Shown here: one piece after another, positions 1-9,634 of the stretch
Numbering within the stretch: position 1 is the stretch's first letter
How the letters are laid out: each line of letters begins with the position of its first letter
Assembly (NCBI GenBank): GCA_963591575.1
Contig: CAVATL010000001.1
Location: 33,036 to 97,035, forward strand
Reading direction: 5' to 3'
DNA length: 64,000 nt
Source of the DNA: Candidatus Methanomethylophilaceae archaeon
Lineage (GTDB): Archaea; Thermoplasmatota; Thermoplasmata; Methanomassiliicoccales; Methanomethylophilaceae
Made by a program: the position numbers and the translations under genes
Notes under the pieces: generated by a model
The model's database searches: none
Seen by the model: only the letters and a program-made list of their open reading frames with translations
Told to the model about the DNA's origin: nothing

Positions 1-414
1 ATAGGAGACCCGCACGGAGGGAATTTCACATACACTGATGAAGGGCTGCCGGAGAACATTTTCATGGTCAGCGTGCCTTCGAAGGATCCTCTGAAAGCAA
101 TCGTCTTTTATCGCGACATCCTGAAAATGGACGTTCTTTATTCCGGACCGGATGAGGCTGTGGTGCGCAGGGACCATGCGACCATACGTCTGTTCCGTTC
201 GGAGAACTGCGGGATCGACACGGGGATCTTTATCGGAATGAAGGAACCGTATGATTTCCACCGCAGGATGATCGATGAAGGTGTCAGATTCAAAATGGAT
301 CCCAAGAGGCTTCCCATGGGGGTCGCCACTTCGTTCTTCGACACCGACGGTAACATCCTGTACGTGATCGAGACCGGTGCGGTACCCTGCGGTCCGACCG
401 ATAAATATGAATGA
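1..414 (+). CDS. VOC/glyoxalase family protein (5' end probably outside the window)
   Basis: Frame open from base 1; 'AIVFYRDIL' and 'FFDTDGNILYV' VOC motifs. Confidence 0.75.
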   Translation: MGDPHGGNFTYTDEGLPENIFMVSVPSKDPLKAIVFYRDILKMDVLYSGPDEAVVRRDHATIRLFRSENCGIDTGIFIGMKEPYDFHRRMIDEGVRFKMDPKRLPMGVATSFFDTDGNILYVIETGAVPCGPTDKYE

Positions 415-458
415 CCACAGGGGTAACAGAAGCCGTCACCCCTGTGTAAGAATTTGGT

Positions 459-1883
459 TCACAGGGTCTTTTCCAGATCGCCCTTCTGCGGAGGGACGAT
501 ATTCTTGACCCGCAGTGCACATGCCAGAATGATCACTGCAAGTGCGCAACCGAAGATCATGGTCAGCTGGAAACTGTGTTGGAGGATGTCTGTGGAAACG
601 GTTGCGGCGGTTCCGGTCCCCAATCCGTGCTGGAACACCACTGAATAAAGGACGATTCCGAGAGATGCGGCGGTGTACTTCAATTCCATCATGAATGTGG
701 CCGCGTCGGCCTGATCCTCTTCGCCGGCGTGATGGACCATGGCGGTCGCAATACCGGTCGTAGCGAAAGCCAGTGCGATACCCATTACAGCCAGACCTAT
801 CAGTAAGAGTCCGAGGTTGCGGGGTGCCACTATGAGGAAGATCAGACAGAATGTGATGCGCCCTATTCCGGCCAGGATGGTGGGTATTCTGCATCCGCGG
901 GTGTCGCACCAGTGTCCGACGATGAATGAGAAGATGATTGCGAATACCGAAGCCACGGTCAGCAGCAGGCCGGATTCTGATACAGTATACGATCCGCAGA
1001 TCTGGAAGAAATATGGGAGAACGTAGTCCGTACCCATGACGATCGTACCTGACAGCAGGTACGCCAAGGAGAGTAATAGGAAATCATGACGTTTCAGCAT
1101 TTTCGGAGAGATCAGCAGATGTTCCGGATGTTTGGCCATCCTGAGTCCCAGAGTGACAAGGAGGATCACCGATACGACCCCGCATGCAGCGATCGCTGCG
1201 GTCGACATATGGGACGCTCCGAGATTCTGAAGACATACAATTCCGGCACCGACACCGGCAACGACAAGGATACTGTTGAGGAGATCGGGATTCTTGGTTT
1301 TGTCATATCCTTCATCCTTGGGCAGGATCCTGATGGCCAGTAAGATCGTAATAATACAGAATGGAACGTTGATCAGGAAGATCCAGTGCCATCCGAATGC
1401 GGATGTGATGAAACCACCTACGGCAGGTCCGAATGCGATCGAGACCGCGGATGCTCCTCCGAGAACACCCATTCCGATACCTTTTCTGTCCGCAGGTACG
1501 AATTTGGTGATGAATACCGTCACAGCGGAGGTAGTGAATGCAGCACCAAGGCCCTGGGCCATTCTGAAACTGACCAGGGCGGTAAAGTTGCTTGACAGTC
1601 CGCAGAGGACCGAAGAGATTGTGAAAATCACGACACCGGTGAGGAAGACCTTCTTCACGGTACCGTTGTTAGCCAGTTTTGACAGGGGCAGAAGGAGGGC
1701 TGCCAGAACAACGACGTATGTCAGCACAACCCAGGATGTGTCTCCGATGGAGACGTTCAGATCGGTCGAAATGGTGGGGAGTGCCACATTGACAATCGAC
1801 GCATCCAATCCGTCAAGGATGATGGACAACGCCAACAAGGCAAAGAACAAAACCATACTGCGACCGCTTTTGAATTGATTCAT
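459..1883 (-). CDS. DHA2-family MFS efflux transporter
   Basis: 'LDASIVNVALPTI', 'GPAVGGFIT..FGWHWIFLINVP'; many hydrophobic segments. Confidence 0.9.
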   Translation of the reverse strand: MNQFKSGRSMVLFFALLALSIILDGLDASIVNVALPTISTDLNVSIGDTSWVVLTYVVVLAALLLPLSKLANNGTVKKVFLTGVVIFTISSVLCGLSSNFTALVSFRMAQGLGAAFTTSAVTVFITKFVPADRKGIGMGVLGGASAVSIAFGPAVGGFITSAFGWHWIFLINVPFCIITILLAIRILPKDEGYDKTKNPDLLNSILVVAGVGAGIVCLQNLGASHMSTAAIAACGVVSVILLVTLGLRMAKHPEHLLISPKMLKRHDFLLLSLAYLLSGTIVMGTDYVLPYFFQICGSYTVSESGLLLTVASVFAIIFSFIVGHWCDTRGCRIPTILAGIGRITFCLIFLIVAPRNLGLLLIGLAVMGIALAFATTGIATAMVHHAGEEDQADAATFMMELKYTAASLGIVLYSVVFQHGLGTGTAATVSTDILQHSFQLTMIFGCALAVIILACALRVKNIVPPQKGDLEKTL

Positions 1884-2209
1884 TGAATATCATCTCTATC
1901 GAGGACATCCTCGATTAATCTCTGGCCGAAAGGTGCACACTATTGTTCGGCCATAATATAGGGCCGACTTGATATGTGACTTTAATTAAAGTTATTGGAA
2001 TCAAAAGACCCAGAAATCACAAAATCTGGATTCAGTTCGTTTTTTTGGTTCTATCACTCTCCTCGTGGAATCTTAAGGCCCTTCACGGTTTAGAGGAGGT
2101 GGGCATACCCATTCTAACGAATTTCCAAACACATTATTTCTAAGAAATTCTGTGTAATGCTGTCTCGGATAGTACATTCATAAGGTCGCAGCCATATGTC
2201 TTTTTACTA

Positions 2210-2443
2210 CCTAACAAAGGCAAATGGTGGGTTGGGAACAGATATTGGCACAGGCAGGGTAAACGCAAATGGGTATTCTGCACGGATGAAAACACGCTGT
2301 TCAGGCCGATCGATGTAAAGAAGAAACGCTATGTGAAGGTCCGTAACACAGCAAACCCGTATCTTGACCGCGAGTACTTTCTGGCAAGACAAAAGTTCAG
2401 GAAACACGAGCGTGGATATCGGGATAAAAGTTTCGCCCTGTAA
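2210..2443 (+). pseudogene. C-terminal fragment of group II intron reverse transcriptase/maturase
   Basis: Manual translation PNKGKWWVGNRYWHRQGKRKWVF...RYVKVRNTANPYLDREYF...* matches the tail of CL-class intron-encoded proteins; no start codon or RT domains upstream. Confidence 0.8.
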
Positions 2444-2475
2444 GACGCCCTGAACAACAGGGTTGTTTTCGGCTC

Positions 2476-2553
2476 GAGCCGTATGACCGGAAACTGTCAC
2501 GTACGGTTCCAAGAGGAGGACCCCCCCCCCGTGAGGGGGAGCCCTTACTCGAC
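2476..2553 (+). mobile_element. Group II intron domains V-VI (AGC triad), 3' end
   Basis: GAGCCGTATGACCGGAAACTGTCACGTACGGTTC hairpin, then D6 ending TTACTCGAC. Confidence 0.9.
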
Positions 2554-2608
2554 CTATCATTTTTCCCAAAATTCTGGAGATGTACCAGAACAGTCACGAT
2601 CTTCTAGT

Positions 2609-2681
2609 GAACCGCCGTGTACGAGAAGTACGCACGGTGGTGTGAGAGGGCAGTGAGGTGTTACCTCCCTCCCTACTCGAT
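2609..2681 (+). mobile_element. Second group II intron domains V-VI (class C/IIC-like, CGC triad), 3' end
   Basis: GAACCGCCGTGTACGAGAAGTACGCACGGTGGTGTGAGAGG...CCTACTCGAT. Confidence 0.88.
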
Positions 2682-2772
2682 ATGGTTTAAGTGCAATGGA
2701 TGAATCTGGGATTTCAGAATTTGAATGGTTCTTCTGCAAAGAGCCTAAATGTTATTTGGTGATTAACGGGAC

Positions 2773-3342
2773 ATGAGAGCCCTTATTCTCAACGGAAGTG
2801 TCCGCCCGATAGGCAACTGCGGAAATCTCATCGGAGACATTCTGGAAGAATTCGAAAAGGAAGGCATCGAGGCGATCCAGGTGCCCCTTTATGATTATCA
2901 TTTCACCCCCTGCAACCACTGTCTGACCTGTGAGATCCGCGGAGACGGCATGTGCATGGACACCGATGACGGGACCAATGAGATCCTCGACGTTATGCGT
3001 GAGGCGGATGTGATCCTGTTCGTATGTCCCGGATATGCGGGAGGGATCCCGGGCGTGATGAAACTATTCCTGGAGAAGGCTTCTCTTATTCTTGAGAAGA
3101 GCAAACAGGGGCTCCACGGAAAATACGGTGCGGCCATCACCGTTTCAGAGCATGACGGTGCCGAATCCGCCTATATGCAGCTCGTTTATTGGATGCTCCG
3201 CGCCGAGATGCTGGTGATCGGAGCACATCCGCTCCCTGTCTTCCGCGCACGCGTATCTCCGGAGTATCTTGATGACAAGGAAGCTATGAAGGGCGTGAAG
3301 AACCTCATCGCCCATCTGACGGAACTGTCAGAAAAGAGCTGA
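2773..3342 (+). CDS. Iron-sulfur flavoprotein / flavodoxin family
   Basis: 'LNGSVRPIGN', CxxCxxCx7C, 'ADVILFVCPGY'. Confidence 0.85.
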   Translation: MRALILNGSVRPIGNCGNLIGDILEEFEKEGIEAIQVPLYDYHFTPCNHCLTCEIRGDGMCMDTDDGTNEILDVMREADVILFVCPGYAGGIPGVMKLFLEKASLILEKSKQGLHGKYGAAITVSEHDGAESAYMQLVYWMLRAEMLVIGAHPLPVFRARVSPEYLDDKEAMKGVKNLIAHLTELSEKS

Positions 3343-3372
3343 GACCCGGGCCTCAGGCCCGAAGTCCCAGCA

Positions 3373-4089
3373 TCAGAAGAAATAGAAACCGCAGTTCTCG
3401 GCGATGCAGGCCTTTGCCAGCATCTCCATTCTTTCGACCGGTCCGCCGTAACGGTGGGCGGCCATCTTTCCCTCGGTGATAAGTGCGGGTGCGAGCACCT
3501 GGCATTCTCTGAGGAGTTCCTTTGCATCTTCTGCGGAGAACTTCTTTCCGGATTTTGCGCTTTCCAATGCCGATGCGATAACAGGGCACCCGTATTTCTC
3601 GGCGATCTGTGGCAGTGCGGATTTCTCGGGACCGAAGGTTCCGATGCAGTCCTTTTCCTTGTACCATGCAAGAGGACAGCTGGCACATGCGGCCTCCATC
3701 TCATCGAAGGTGAGGATGTCCCAGCCGTTGAGGCGGTTGTCCTTGCTGCATTCGGCGAGGACCTTGTCCTTGGTGGCATCGTCGAGGTTCCTCAGATCGA
3801 CCCATCCGTTGGGGATCTTGCGGAAATAGGGCTCGAGGGCAGCCATATCCTCTTCGTTCTTGATCCTGTCCTTGAGGAAGATGGTGTTCTTGTCGGTGAA
3901 CCTGTTCCTCTTCTTGAACGCCTCGAAGTCAGGGAACGCTTTGGCAGCATCCTCTTGAGTGACGGCGAGATCATATTCCTGAAGATCGGTGAATTTATCC
4001 TTGTCCACCATAACTTTGACGAGTGTCTGCTTGAGGGGCCTGCAGGGTGCCCTTTCAGCCTCCATCTCGTTTACCGCGATATCGACCAT
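3373..4089 (-). CDS. Hypothetical Cys-containing protein
   Basis: 238-aa ORF with host-like codon usage; CASCPLAW..DC motif. Confidence 0.7.
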   Translation of the reverse strand: MVDIAVNEMEAERAPCRPLKQTLVKVMVDKDKFTDLQEYDLAVTQEDAAKAFPDFEAFKKRNRFTDKNTIFLKDRIKNEEDMAALEPYFRKIPNGWVDLRNLDDATKDKVLAECSKDNRLNGWDILTFDEMEAACASCPLAWYKEKDCIGTFGPEKSALPQIAEKYGCPVIASALESAKSGKKFSAEDAKELLRECQVLAPALITEGKMAAHRYGGPVERMEMLAKACIAENCGFYFF

Positions 4090-4173
4090 GACGGCATCAT
4101 CGGGCTCCTTCTATTTTAGATGAAAGGTGAACGAAACGAGGGTTTATCATTGACAGCCGTATTACAGCAGATA

Positions 4174-4665
4174 ATGGCAGACATCAGGATACGCAAGAGG
4201 AAGAGACTGAGAAACAAGGAGGTCAAGGCACTTTCCGATGAACTCAGTTCAATATTGGGGGTTCAGATCGATTTCGGCGACGAGCCGGTCGACCGTGCGG
4301 AGAGCCCTGATTTCGATCTCATCTTCGTCGGAAACGATATCCTGGGCCTTATCAAAGATGAGAAGCCTTTCCTTACCATCAGAGGGGTTCTCAGGTACAA
4401 ACCGGTCCTGAGATCCGTGACCGTGGACATGGGTGCGGTACCCTATCTCACCAACGGTGCGGACTGTATGGGCCCCGGCATCACAGATGCCGACGAGAAC
4501 ATAGCCGAAGGGGATTTCGTATGGATCAAGGACATCAAGAACAATGTTCCTTTGGCCATCGGTGTCGCCCTGCGTTCCGGTGCCGATCTGAAGAAGAAGC
4601 AGTCCGGAAAGGCGATCAAGACCCTGACCAATGTCGGCGACAAGCTTTGGAAAGCCGGCGAGTGA
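4174..4665 (+). CDS. PUA-domain RNA-binding protein (DUF1947+PUA)
   Basis: 'VTVDMGAVPYLTNGADCMGPGI', 'NVGDKLW'. Confidence 0.9.
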   Translation: MADIRIRKRKRLRNKEVKALSDELSSILGVQIDFGDEPVDRAESPDFDLIFVGNDILGLIKDEKPFLTIRGVLRYKPVLRSVTVDMGAVPYLTNGADCMGPGITDADENIAEGDFVWIKDIKNNVPLAIGVALRSGADLKKKQSGKAIKTLTNVGDKLWKAGE

Positions 4666-4669
4666 GACC

Positions 4670-5983
4670 GTGAACAAGGTCAAGACCGTACATGACCCAG
4701 TGCACGGAAGCATACGTGTCGACGGGTTCTTCCTGGACCTTTTGGACAGGCATGAGATGCAGAGGCTCAGGGGCATCAAGCAGCTGGGTTCTGCGAACCT
4801 CGTTTTCCCGGGGGCGAATCATACCCGTTTCGAGCACTGTCTCGGTGCATATCATCTCGCGGGAAAGATGGCAGAGTCCATTTCCCTGTCGAAGGAGGAT
4901 ACGCTTGCGGTGCGTGCCGCGGGATTGCTGCATGACATCTGTCATGCACCTTATTCCCACACCCTTGAAGCGGTGATGGAGGAGATCACGGGTCTTGACC
5001 ATATGGAACTCGCCCGCAGTCTGATCATGGGCGATATCCGTACCTTCAGGGAGAGGGACAAAGACCTTTTCGACGGGGAGGAACCTATGTCGGTGATCCT
5101 CGAGAACAACGGCGTGGATCCCCGTGTGGTATGCGATCTGATCTCCTACCCGGAGACCACGGATTACGAGTCTGGCACATTGGATATCATCACCGGAAAG
5201 AGCAATCATTTTCCGTCGAAGGACTACATCCACCAGATCATCCACGGCCCTGTGGACTGCGATCAGATGGACTATCTGATGAGAGATTCCCATTACACCG
5301 GGGTGGAGATGGGCAACATCGACCTCTCCCGTCTGCTTTCCACTATGAAAGTGGTCAACGACAGGCTGTGCATCTCCCGTTCGGGAGCTCCTGCGGCCGA
5401 AGGTCTGATGGTCTCACGTTCTCTGATGTACACCTCGGTGTATTTCCACCCGACAGTACGTATCCTTAACCGTATGATCACCAAGTCTGTTCTTTCTTCG
5501 GGCCTGGATCTTAAGGACCTTTATCTTTGGGACGATGCGGATCTCACGCAGAAACTGTTCGATGCAGGCGGATCCGCCTCCAAACTGGTACGTCTGGTGC
5601 AGAATCGTATGTTCTACAAGAAGGCACTGATCCTCACCGGCAACGATATGGATGAGGATCTGGCACTTGCCCTTACACGCTATGCCTCGGCCGAGAAACG
5701 CACTCTTCTGGAACAGAAGGTCGCCGAGAAGGCGGGAGTGGATGTGGCCGACGTCTGTATCGAGATGCCTCCGCCTTCCAATCTGAAATCCACTATGAAG
5801 ATCGGAAAGACCGACGTCTCCATAGCATACGAGGACGGCCGCGTGAAATCCCTGACGAGGACATCGTCGATAGCCAAGGCCCTGCAGTCGAGGGACTCGT
5901 TCGGATGGTCCCTCGTTGTTGCATGTCCCCGCAGCTGTATTGAAGATGTATCAAAGGCAGCGAACAGGCTGTTCGGCCCCTGA
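4670..5983 (+). CDS. HD-domain phosphohydrolase (dNTPase-like)
   Basis: 'DPVHG', 'QRLRGIKQLG', 'HTRFEHCLG', 'LLHDICHAPYSH', 'DCDQMDYLMRD'; start approximate. Confidence 0.9.
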   Translation: MNKVKTVHDPVHGSIRVDGFFLDLLDRHEMQRLRGIKQLGSANLVFPGANHTRFEHCLGAYHLAGKMAESISLSKEDTLAVRAAGLLHDICHAPYSHTLEAVMEEITGLDHMELARSLIMGDIRTFRERDKDLFDGEEPMSVILENNGVDPRVVCDLISYPETTDYESGTLDIITGKSNHFPSKDYIHQIIHGPVDCDQMDYLMRDSHYTGVEMGNIDLSRLLSTMKVVNDRLCISRSGAPAAEGLMVSRSLMYTSVYFHPTVRILNRMITKSVLSSGLDLKDLYLWDDADLTQKLFDAGGSASKLVRLVQNRMFYKKALILTGNDMDEDLALALTRYASAEKRTLLEQKVAEKAGVDVADVCIEMPPPSNLKSTMKIGKTDVSIAYEDGRVKSLTRTSSIAKALQSRDSFGWSLVVACPRSCIEDVSKAANRLFGP

Positions 5984-7435
5984 TCATCCTTTGACAACAC
6001 CGATGGGGGTCAGTTTGGCGACCTTCGAGGTGAGGCCTGCATTGCAGACGACCTCGATGATCTCGTTGACGTCCTTGTAGGCATCGGGGGCCTCTTCGAG
6101 AAGTCCTTCATCGGAACCGTTGCGGAGGTACACACCTTCATCGGACAGTCTTTTTCTGACCTCTCCGATATCGAGAGAATCGATTGCTTTCTTTCTTGAC
6201 ATCTGTCTTCCGGCACCGTGACAGGTGGAACCGAAGGTTTCTTCCATGGCACCTTTCCTTCCGGCGAGGACGTAGGTTCCGGTGGACATGTCTCCGGGAA
6301 TGAGGACAGGCTGTCCGTAATCCCTGTATTTCAGAGTGATCTCGGAACGTCCGGGTGCGAACGAACGGGTGGCACCTTTCCTGTGGACAAGAACATCGGT
6401 CTTGTGGCCGTCGTAGTTGTGGGTCTCCATCTTGGCGATGTTGTGTGCCACATCGTAGACAACATCCATTCCCATGTTCTCAGCCGAATCGCCGAGCACC
6501 TGTTCGAAGGATTCTCTGGTCCAGTGGGTGATCATCTGCCTGTTGGCCCATGCGTAGTTGGCACCGCAGCACATGGCGCGGTAGTACTCCTCACCGAGCC
6601 TTGAGGAAAGGGGGGCGCATGCCAATTGTCTGTCGGGAAGGTTGACCGCCTCGGTCTTCACATAATGTTCCATCTTCTGGAGGTAATCCGTGGCGATCTG
6701 GTGTCCGCATCCTCTCGAACCGCAGTGGACGGTGACGGTGAGACATCCTTTTTTCAGACCGTATGCTTTTGCTGTCTTCTCGTCGAAGACATCGTCCACC
6801 ACATCAAGTTCCAGGAAGTGATTTCCTGATCCGAGGGAACCCAGTTCGGGAAGGCCTCTCTTGCGTGATTTCTCACCGACACCGGTCTGGTCCGCATCTT
6901 TCATGTGTCCGCCTTCTTCGGTGACCGCGAGGTCCTCCTCCCAGCCGTATCCGTTCTCGACGGCCCATTCGGAACCTACGTCGAGAATATCCGAGAGTTC
7001 CTTCTGACCGACGCGGGTGAGTCCTTTGGAACCGAGTCCCGAGGGGACGTTCTTGTAAAGCGTGTCGATAAGATCTTTGACCTTTCCTTTGACGTCGTCG
7101 AGGGTCAGATCGGTCTTGATGAGACGTACTCCGCAGTTGATATCGAATCCGATACCTCCGGGGGAGATGGAACCCTGGTATGCATCGACAGCGGCGACAC
7201 CTCCGATGGGGAATCCGTATCCCCAGTGGATGTCGGGCATGGCCATTGAATTGCCGATGATCCCGGGCATGCAGGCGACATTGGCGGCCTGCTGCGGAGA
7301 GTTGTCCTCCATGACATGTTTGATGAGGTTGTCGTTGGAGTAGATGATCGCGTCTGTGTTCATTCCGGGCAGATAATCGCGGTCGATCTTCCATTTGTGT
7401 GCGTCGATCTTTTCAATTTTTCCGGTCCACGTCAT
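5984..7435 (-). CDS. rtcB: tRNA-splicing ligase RtcB
   Basis: 'MPDIHWGYGFPIGGV', 'DINCG', 'GSGNHFLE', 'HRKGAT', 'STCHGAGR'. Confidence 0.97.
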   Translation of the reverse strand: MTWTGKIEKIDAHKWKIDRDYLPGMNTDAIIYSNDNLIKHVMEDNSPQQAANVACMPGIIGNSMAMPDIHWGYGFPIGGVAAVDAYQGSISPGGIGFDINCGVRLIKTDLTLDDVKGKVKDLIDTLYKNVPSGLGSKGLTRVGQKELSDILDVGSEWAVENGYGWEEDLAVTEEGGHMKDADQTGVGEKSRKRGLPELGSLGSGNHFLELDVVDDVFDEKTAKAYGLKKGCLTVTVHCGSRGCGHQIATDYLQKMEHYVKTEAVNLPDRQLACAPLSSRLGEEYYRAMCCGANYAWANRQMITHWTRESFEQVLGDSAENMGMDVVYDVAHNIAKMETHNYDGHKTDVLVHRKGATRSFAPGRSEITLKYRDYGQPVLIPGDMSTGTYVLAGRKGAMEETFGSTCHGAGRQMSRKKAIDSLDIGEVRKRLSDEGVYLRNGSDEGLLEEAPDAYKDVNEIIEVVCNAGLTSKVAKLTPIGVVKG

Positions 7436-7479
7436 AGGTTCACCTGTATCTGGTGATTGAATCTGAAGAAAAAAGGAAG

Positions 7480-7554
7480 GGCCGGGGGCGAGATTTGAAC
7501 CCACGTCGGGGGATCCACAGTCCCCCAGTCTAACCAAGCTAGCCTACCCCAGCC
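7480..7554 (-). tRNA. tRNA-His(GTG), G-1 encoded, CCA not encoded
   Basis: Cloverleaf; anticodon loop CTGTGGA; T loop TTCAAAT; C73. Confidence 0.93.
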
Positions 7555-7662
7555 ATAAGGTAATCCGACCATACCCTTGTTGTAAATAAAGGTTTCTGGG
7601 TCGTCCGAAAATAAGAGAAAAGGCCACAGGCCGAAGCCTGTGTAAATGGTTTAAGATGACAT

Positions 7663-8727
7663 TCAGTTTCCGTAGGATTTGACGGTGTCAACCATTGCCT
7701 GCATGTTCTCGTTTCCGGTTGCAGGTGCGATACCGCATCCGGAGGAGATGATGTTGAATCCGGCGTCGATGGATTTCTTGACGCCCTCAATGGTCTCATC
7801 TTTGGTTCCCTGGTAGAGGGGCCTGACAGATCCGACGTTTCCGACGAGGACGGTCTTTCCGCCGACGAGCTCGACTGCCTTGTAGGAGTCGACTTTCTCC
7901 TCGATGGAGATACCGGTGGTGACAGTGATCATCTGGTCAAGGATGGGGGTGGTGTCTCCGCAGATGTGGAGAACGTTTCCGAGTCCGCCCTTGGTTGCGA
8001 GTGCTGCACGGCATGCTTTTCCGGCTGCTTCCTCGAACATGTCGGGGGAGAGCATATCGGTGGATCCGGAAGGCTCGGAGGTCTGGACGATGTCTGCTCC
8101 GGCGTCAACGAGTGCCTGAGAGTATGCGTGGACGTAGGGGGTCATTGCTGCGGTCCATTTGTCGACTGCGTCAGTGTCCATCATCATACCGAAGATGATG
8201 TTCTCAGTGTCACAGAGGTTACCGCAGAGGGTGAAGACACCAGTGTTACCGGCAACGATGGGGTACTCCTCGGAGTTCCAGTTCTTGATTCCCTTGACTT
8301 TGTTGTTCTTAAGGATCTCGACGGAGTCAAGAACGGTCTTGACACGGCCGGATTTGAGGAATTCGTCAACAGGCATGAGCTTCTCGGTGAGGTCGTCGTA
8401 CTCGCCGCTCATTGCGTCGAAGTGGAAGGGGTGGTCCTTGATCATAGGGGCTGCGTCTTTCTTGTCGACTGCAACAGTTGCGCCGAAGGTCTCGGTCTCA
8501 GCGGTGAGGCAGAAGCAGGTCCTTGCGCCTTCGAATCCGAAGCACTCGATGGTTCCGCATGCGAGGGTTGCCATGAGGTTGGCGTCCTTGTGGGCGTCGG
8601 GCCAGGGTGCTCCGAGAGCGTCCATCTGGCCGATGGTGGCAGACTGGGTGAAGATGGCTGCCGGGGGCCTGTCGAGGTTCTCTTTGTTCATAGCTGCTGT
8701 TACTCTTTCTCTGGGGGTCATTGCCAT
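7663..8727 (-). CDS. Methylcobamide:CoM methyltransferase (MtaA/MtbA, MT2 family)
   Basis: Zn-binding 'LHICG' and 'SSGCG'; UroD fold; highly expressed codon style. Confidence 0.9.
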   Translation of the reverse strand: MAMTPRERVTAAMNKENLDRPPAAIFTQSATIGQMDALGAPWPDAHKDANLMATLACGTIECFGFEGARTCFCLTAETETFGATVAVDKKDAAPMIKDHPFHFDAMSGEYDDLTEKLMPVDEFLKSGRVKTVLDSVEILKNNKVKGIKNWNSEEYPIVAGNTGVFTLCGNLCDTENIIFGMMMDTDAVDKWTAAMTPYVHAYSQALVDAGADIVQTSEPSGSTDMLSPDMFEEAAGKACRAALATKGGLGNVLHICGDTTPILDQMITVTTGISIEEKVDSYKAVELVGGKTVLVGNVGSVRPLYQGTKDETIEGVKKSIDAGFNIISSGCGIAPATGNENMQAMVDTVKSYGN

Positions 8728-8836
8728 GATATGATACTCCTTGCGATGTGAAATACGCTAAACATATAAAACCCACACCTATCTTATGAAGAATAAGTAA
8801 GGCTATATGCTCCAACTTGGAAAACAGATTTTTATA

Positions 8837-9565
8837 TCAGATTGTAAGGTGCGACGTATCCTCCAATTGTCCGAACCGGATGAGTCCGAGGTCGGATACG
8901 CCGTAGATCTCCGCTTTTTCCACATCGCAGGATTTGAGGGCGGGGGCCATCACCGCATTGGGTCCCGGATTGAGGTCGTTCCCCGATGCGAACGGGCTGA
9001 AGGGAGGGATCACAAGAACACCTTCGTTCTTCGCCCAGACATAACATTGAAGCTTCACCGATCCGCTAAGTTCTCCGGGGATCCTGATCGAAGGATGTTC
9101 GTGACCGATGATGACCGGCCTCACACCCGAATCCATATGGCCGTGTTCCAGGCGGAATCCCATGATGTCCGTATAATCCACCGTGTCCACGTCGAGGCCG
9201 GTGACGATGGTCTGGATGAAATTGTCGTGATTGCCTTTGACGACCACTATCTCCGCAGCCTCCTTGATGAGTCTCACTATGCTGCGGACGTCCTCCTTCG
9301 CCTGATAACTGGAACGGCTGAAGTCGTGCTTTATGTCTCCGAGAAGAACCACTCTGTTCGGTTCGTAGTCGTCGATGATGCGGTTGAGGGAATCTCTCAC
9401 TGAATTGGTGTTGATCCGGGGGATGAACATGCCCTCGTTCTCGAGTGCGCTCTCATACCCCAGATGCAGGTCTCCGATGACCGCGGTGGGACCTTCGTCG
9501 AGGATGAGACAGCGGTCGTTGGTGATTGTGACCCCGGGCATCAGCCGGATGCTTCTTGCTCCCAT
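8837..9565 (-). CDS. Metallophosphoesterase
   Basis: 'GDLHLG', 'LGDIKH', 'KGNHD', 'GHEHP'. Confidence 0.9.
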   Translation of the reverse strand: MGARSIRLMPGVTITNDRCLILDEGPTAVIGDLHLGYESALENEGMFIPRINTNSVRDSLNRIIDDYEPNRVVLLGDIKHDFSRSSYQAKEDVRSIVRLIKEAAEIVVVKGNHDNFIQTIVTGLDVDTVDYTDIMGFRLEHGHMDSGVRPVIIGHEHPSIRIPGELSGSVKLQCYVWAKNEGVLVIPPFSPFASGNDLNPGPNAVMAPALKSCDVEKAEIYGVSDLGLIRFGQLEDTSHLTI

Positions 9566-9634
9566 TTCAGGTGGTGTAATTACTCCTTGTTTTTAGAATA
9601 TGGTATATAAGCAGATTCTGATTAGGGAACACTA

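Noticed and set aside
2521..2530. Poly-C tract as a phase-variation switch
   Set aside because: It is one strand of the intron domain VI stem, pairing with GGGGG, and lies in no gene or promoter
2207..2569. 120-aa minus-strand ORF
   Set aside because: Antisense reading of group II intron DV/DVI and the maturase tail
7436..7537. N-terminal extension of RtcB in the ORF track
   Set aside because: Overlaps tRNA-His; the real start at 7435 has a GGTGA RBS
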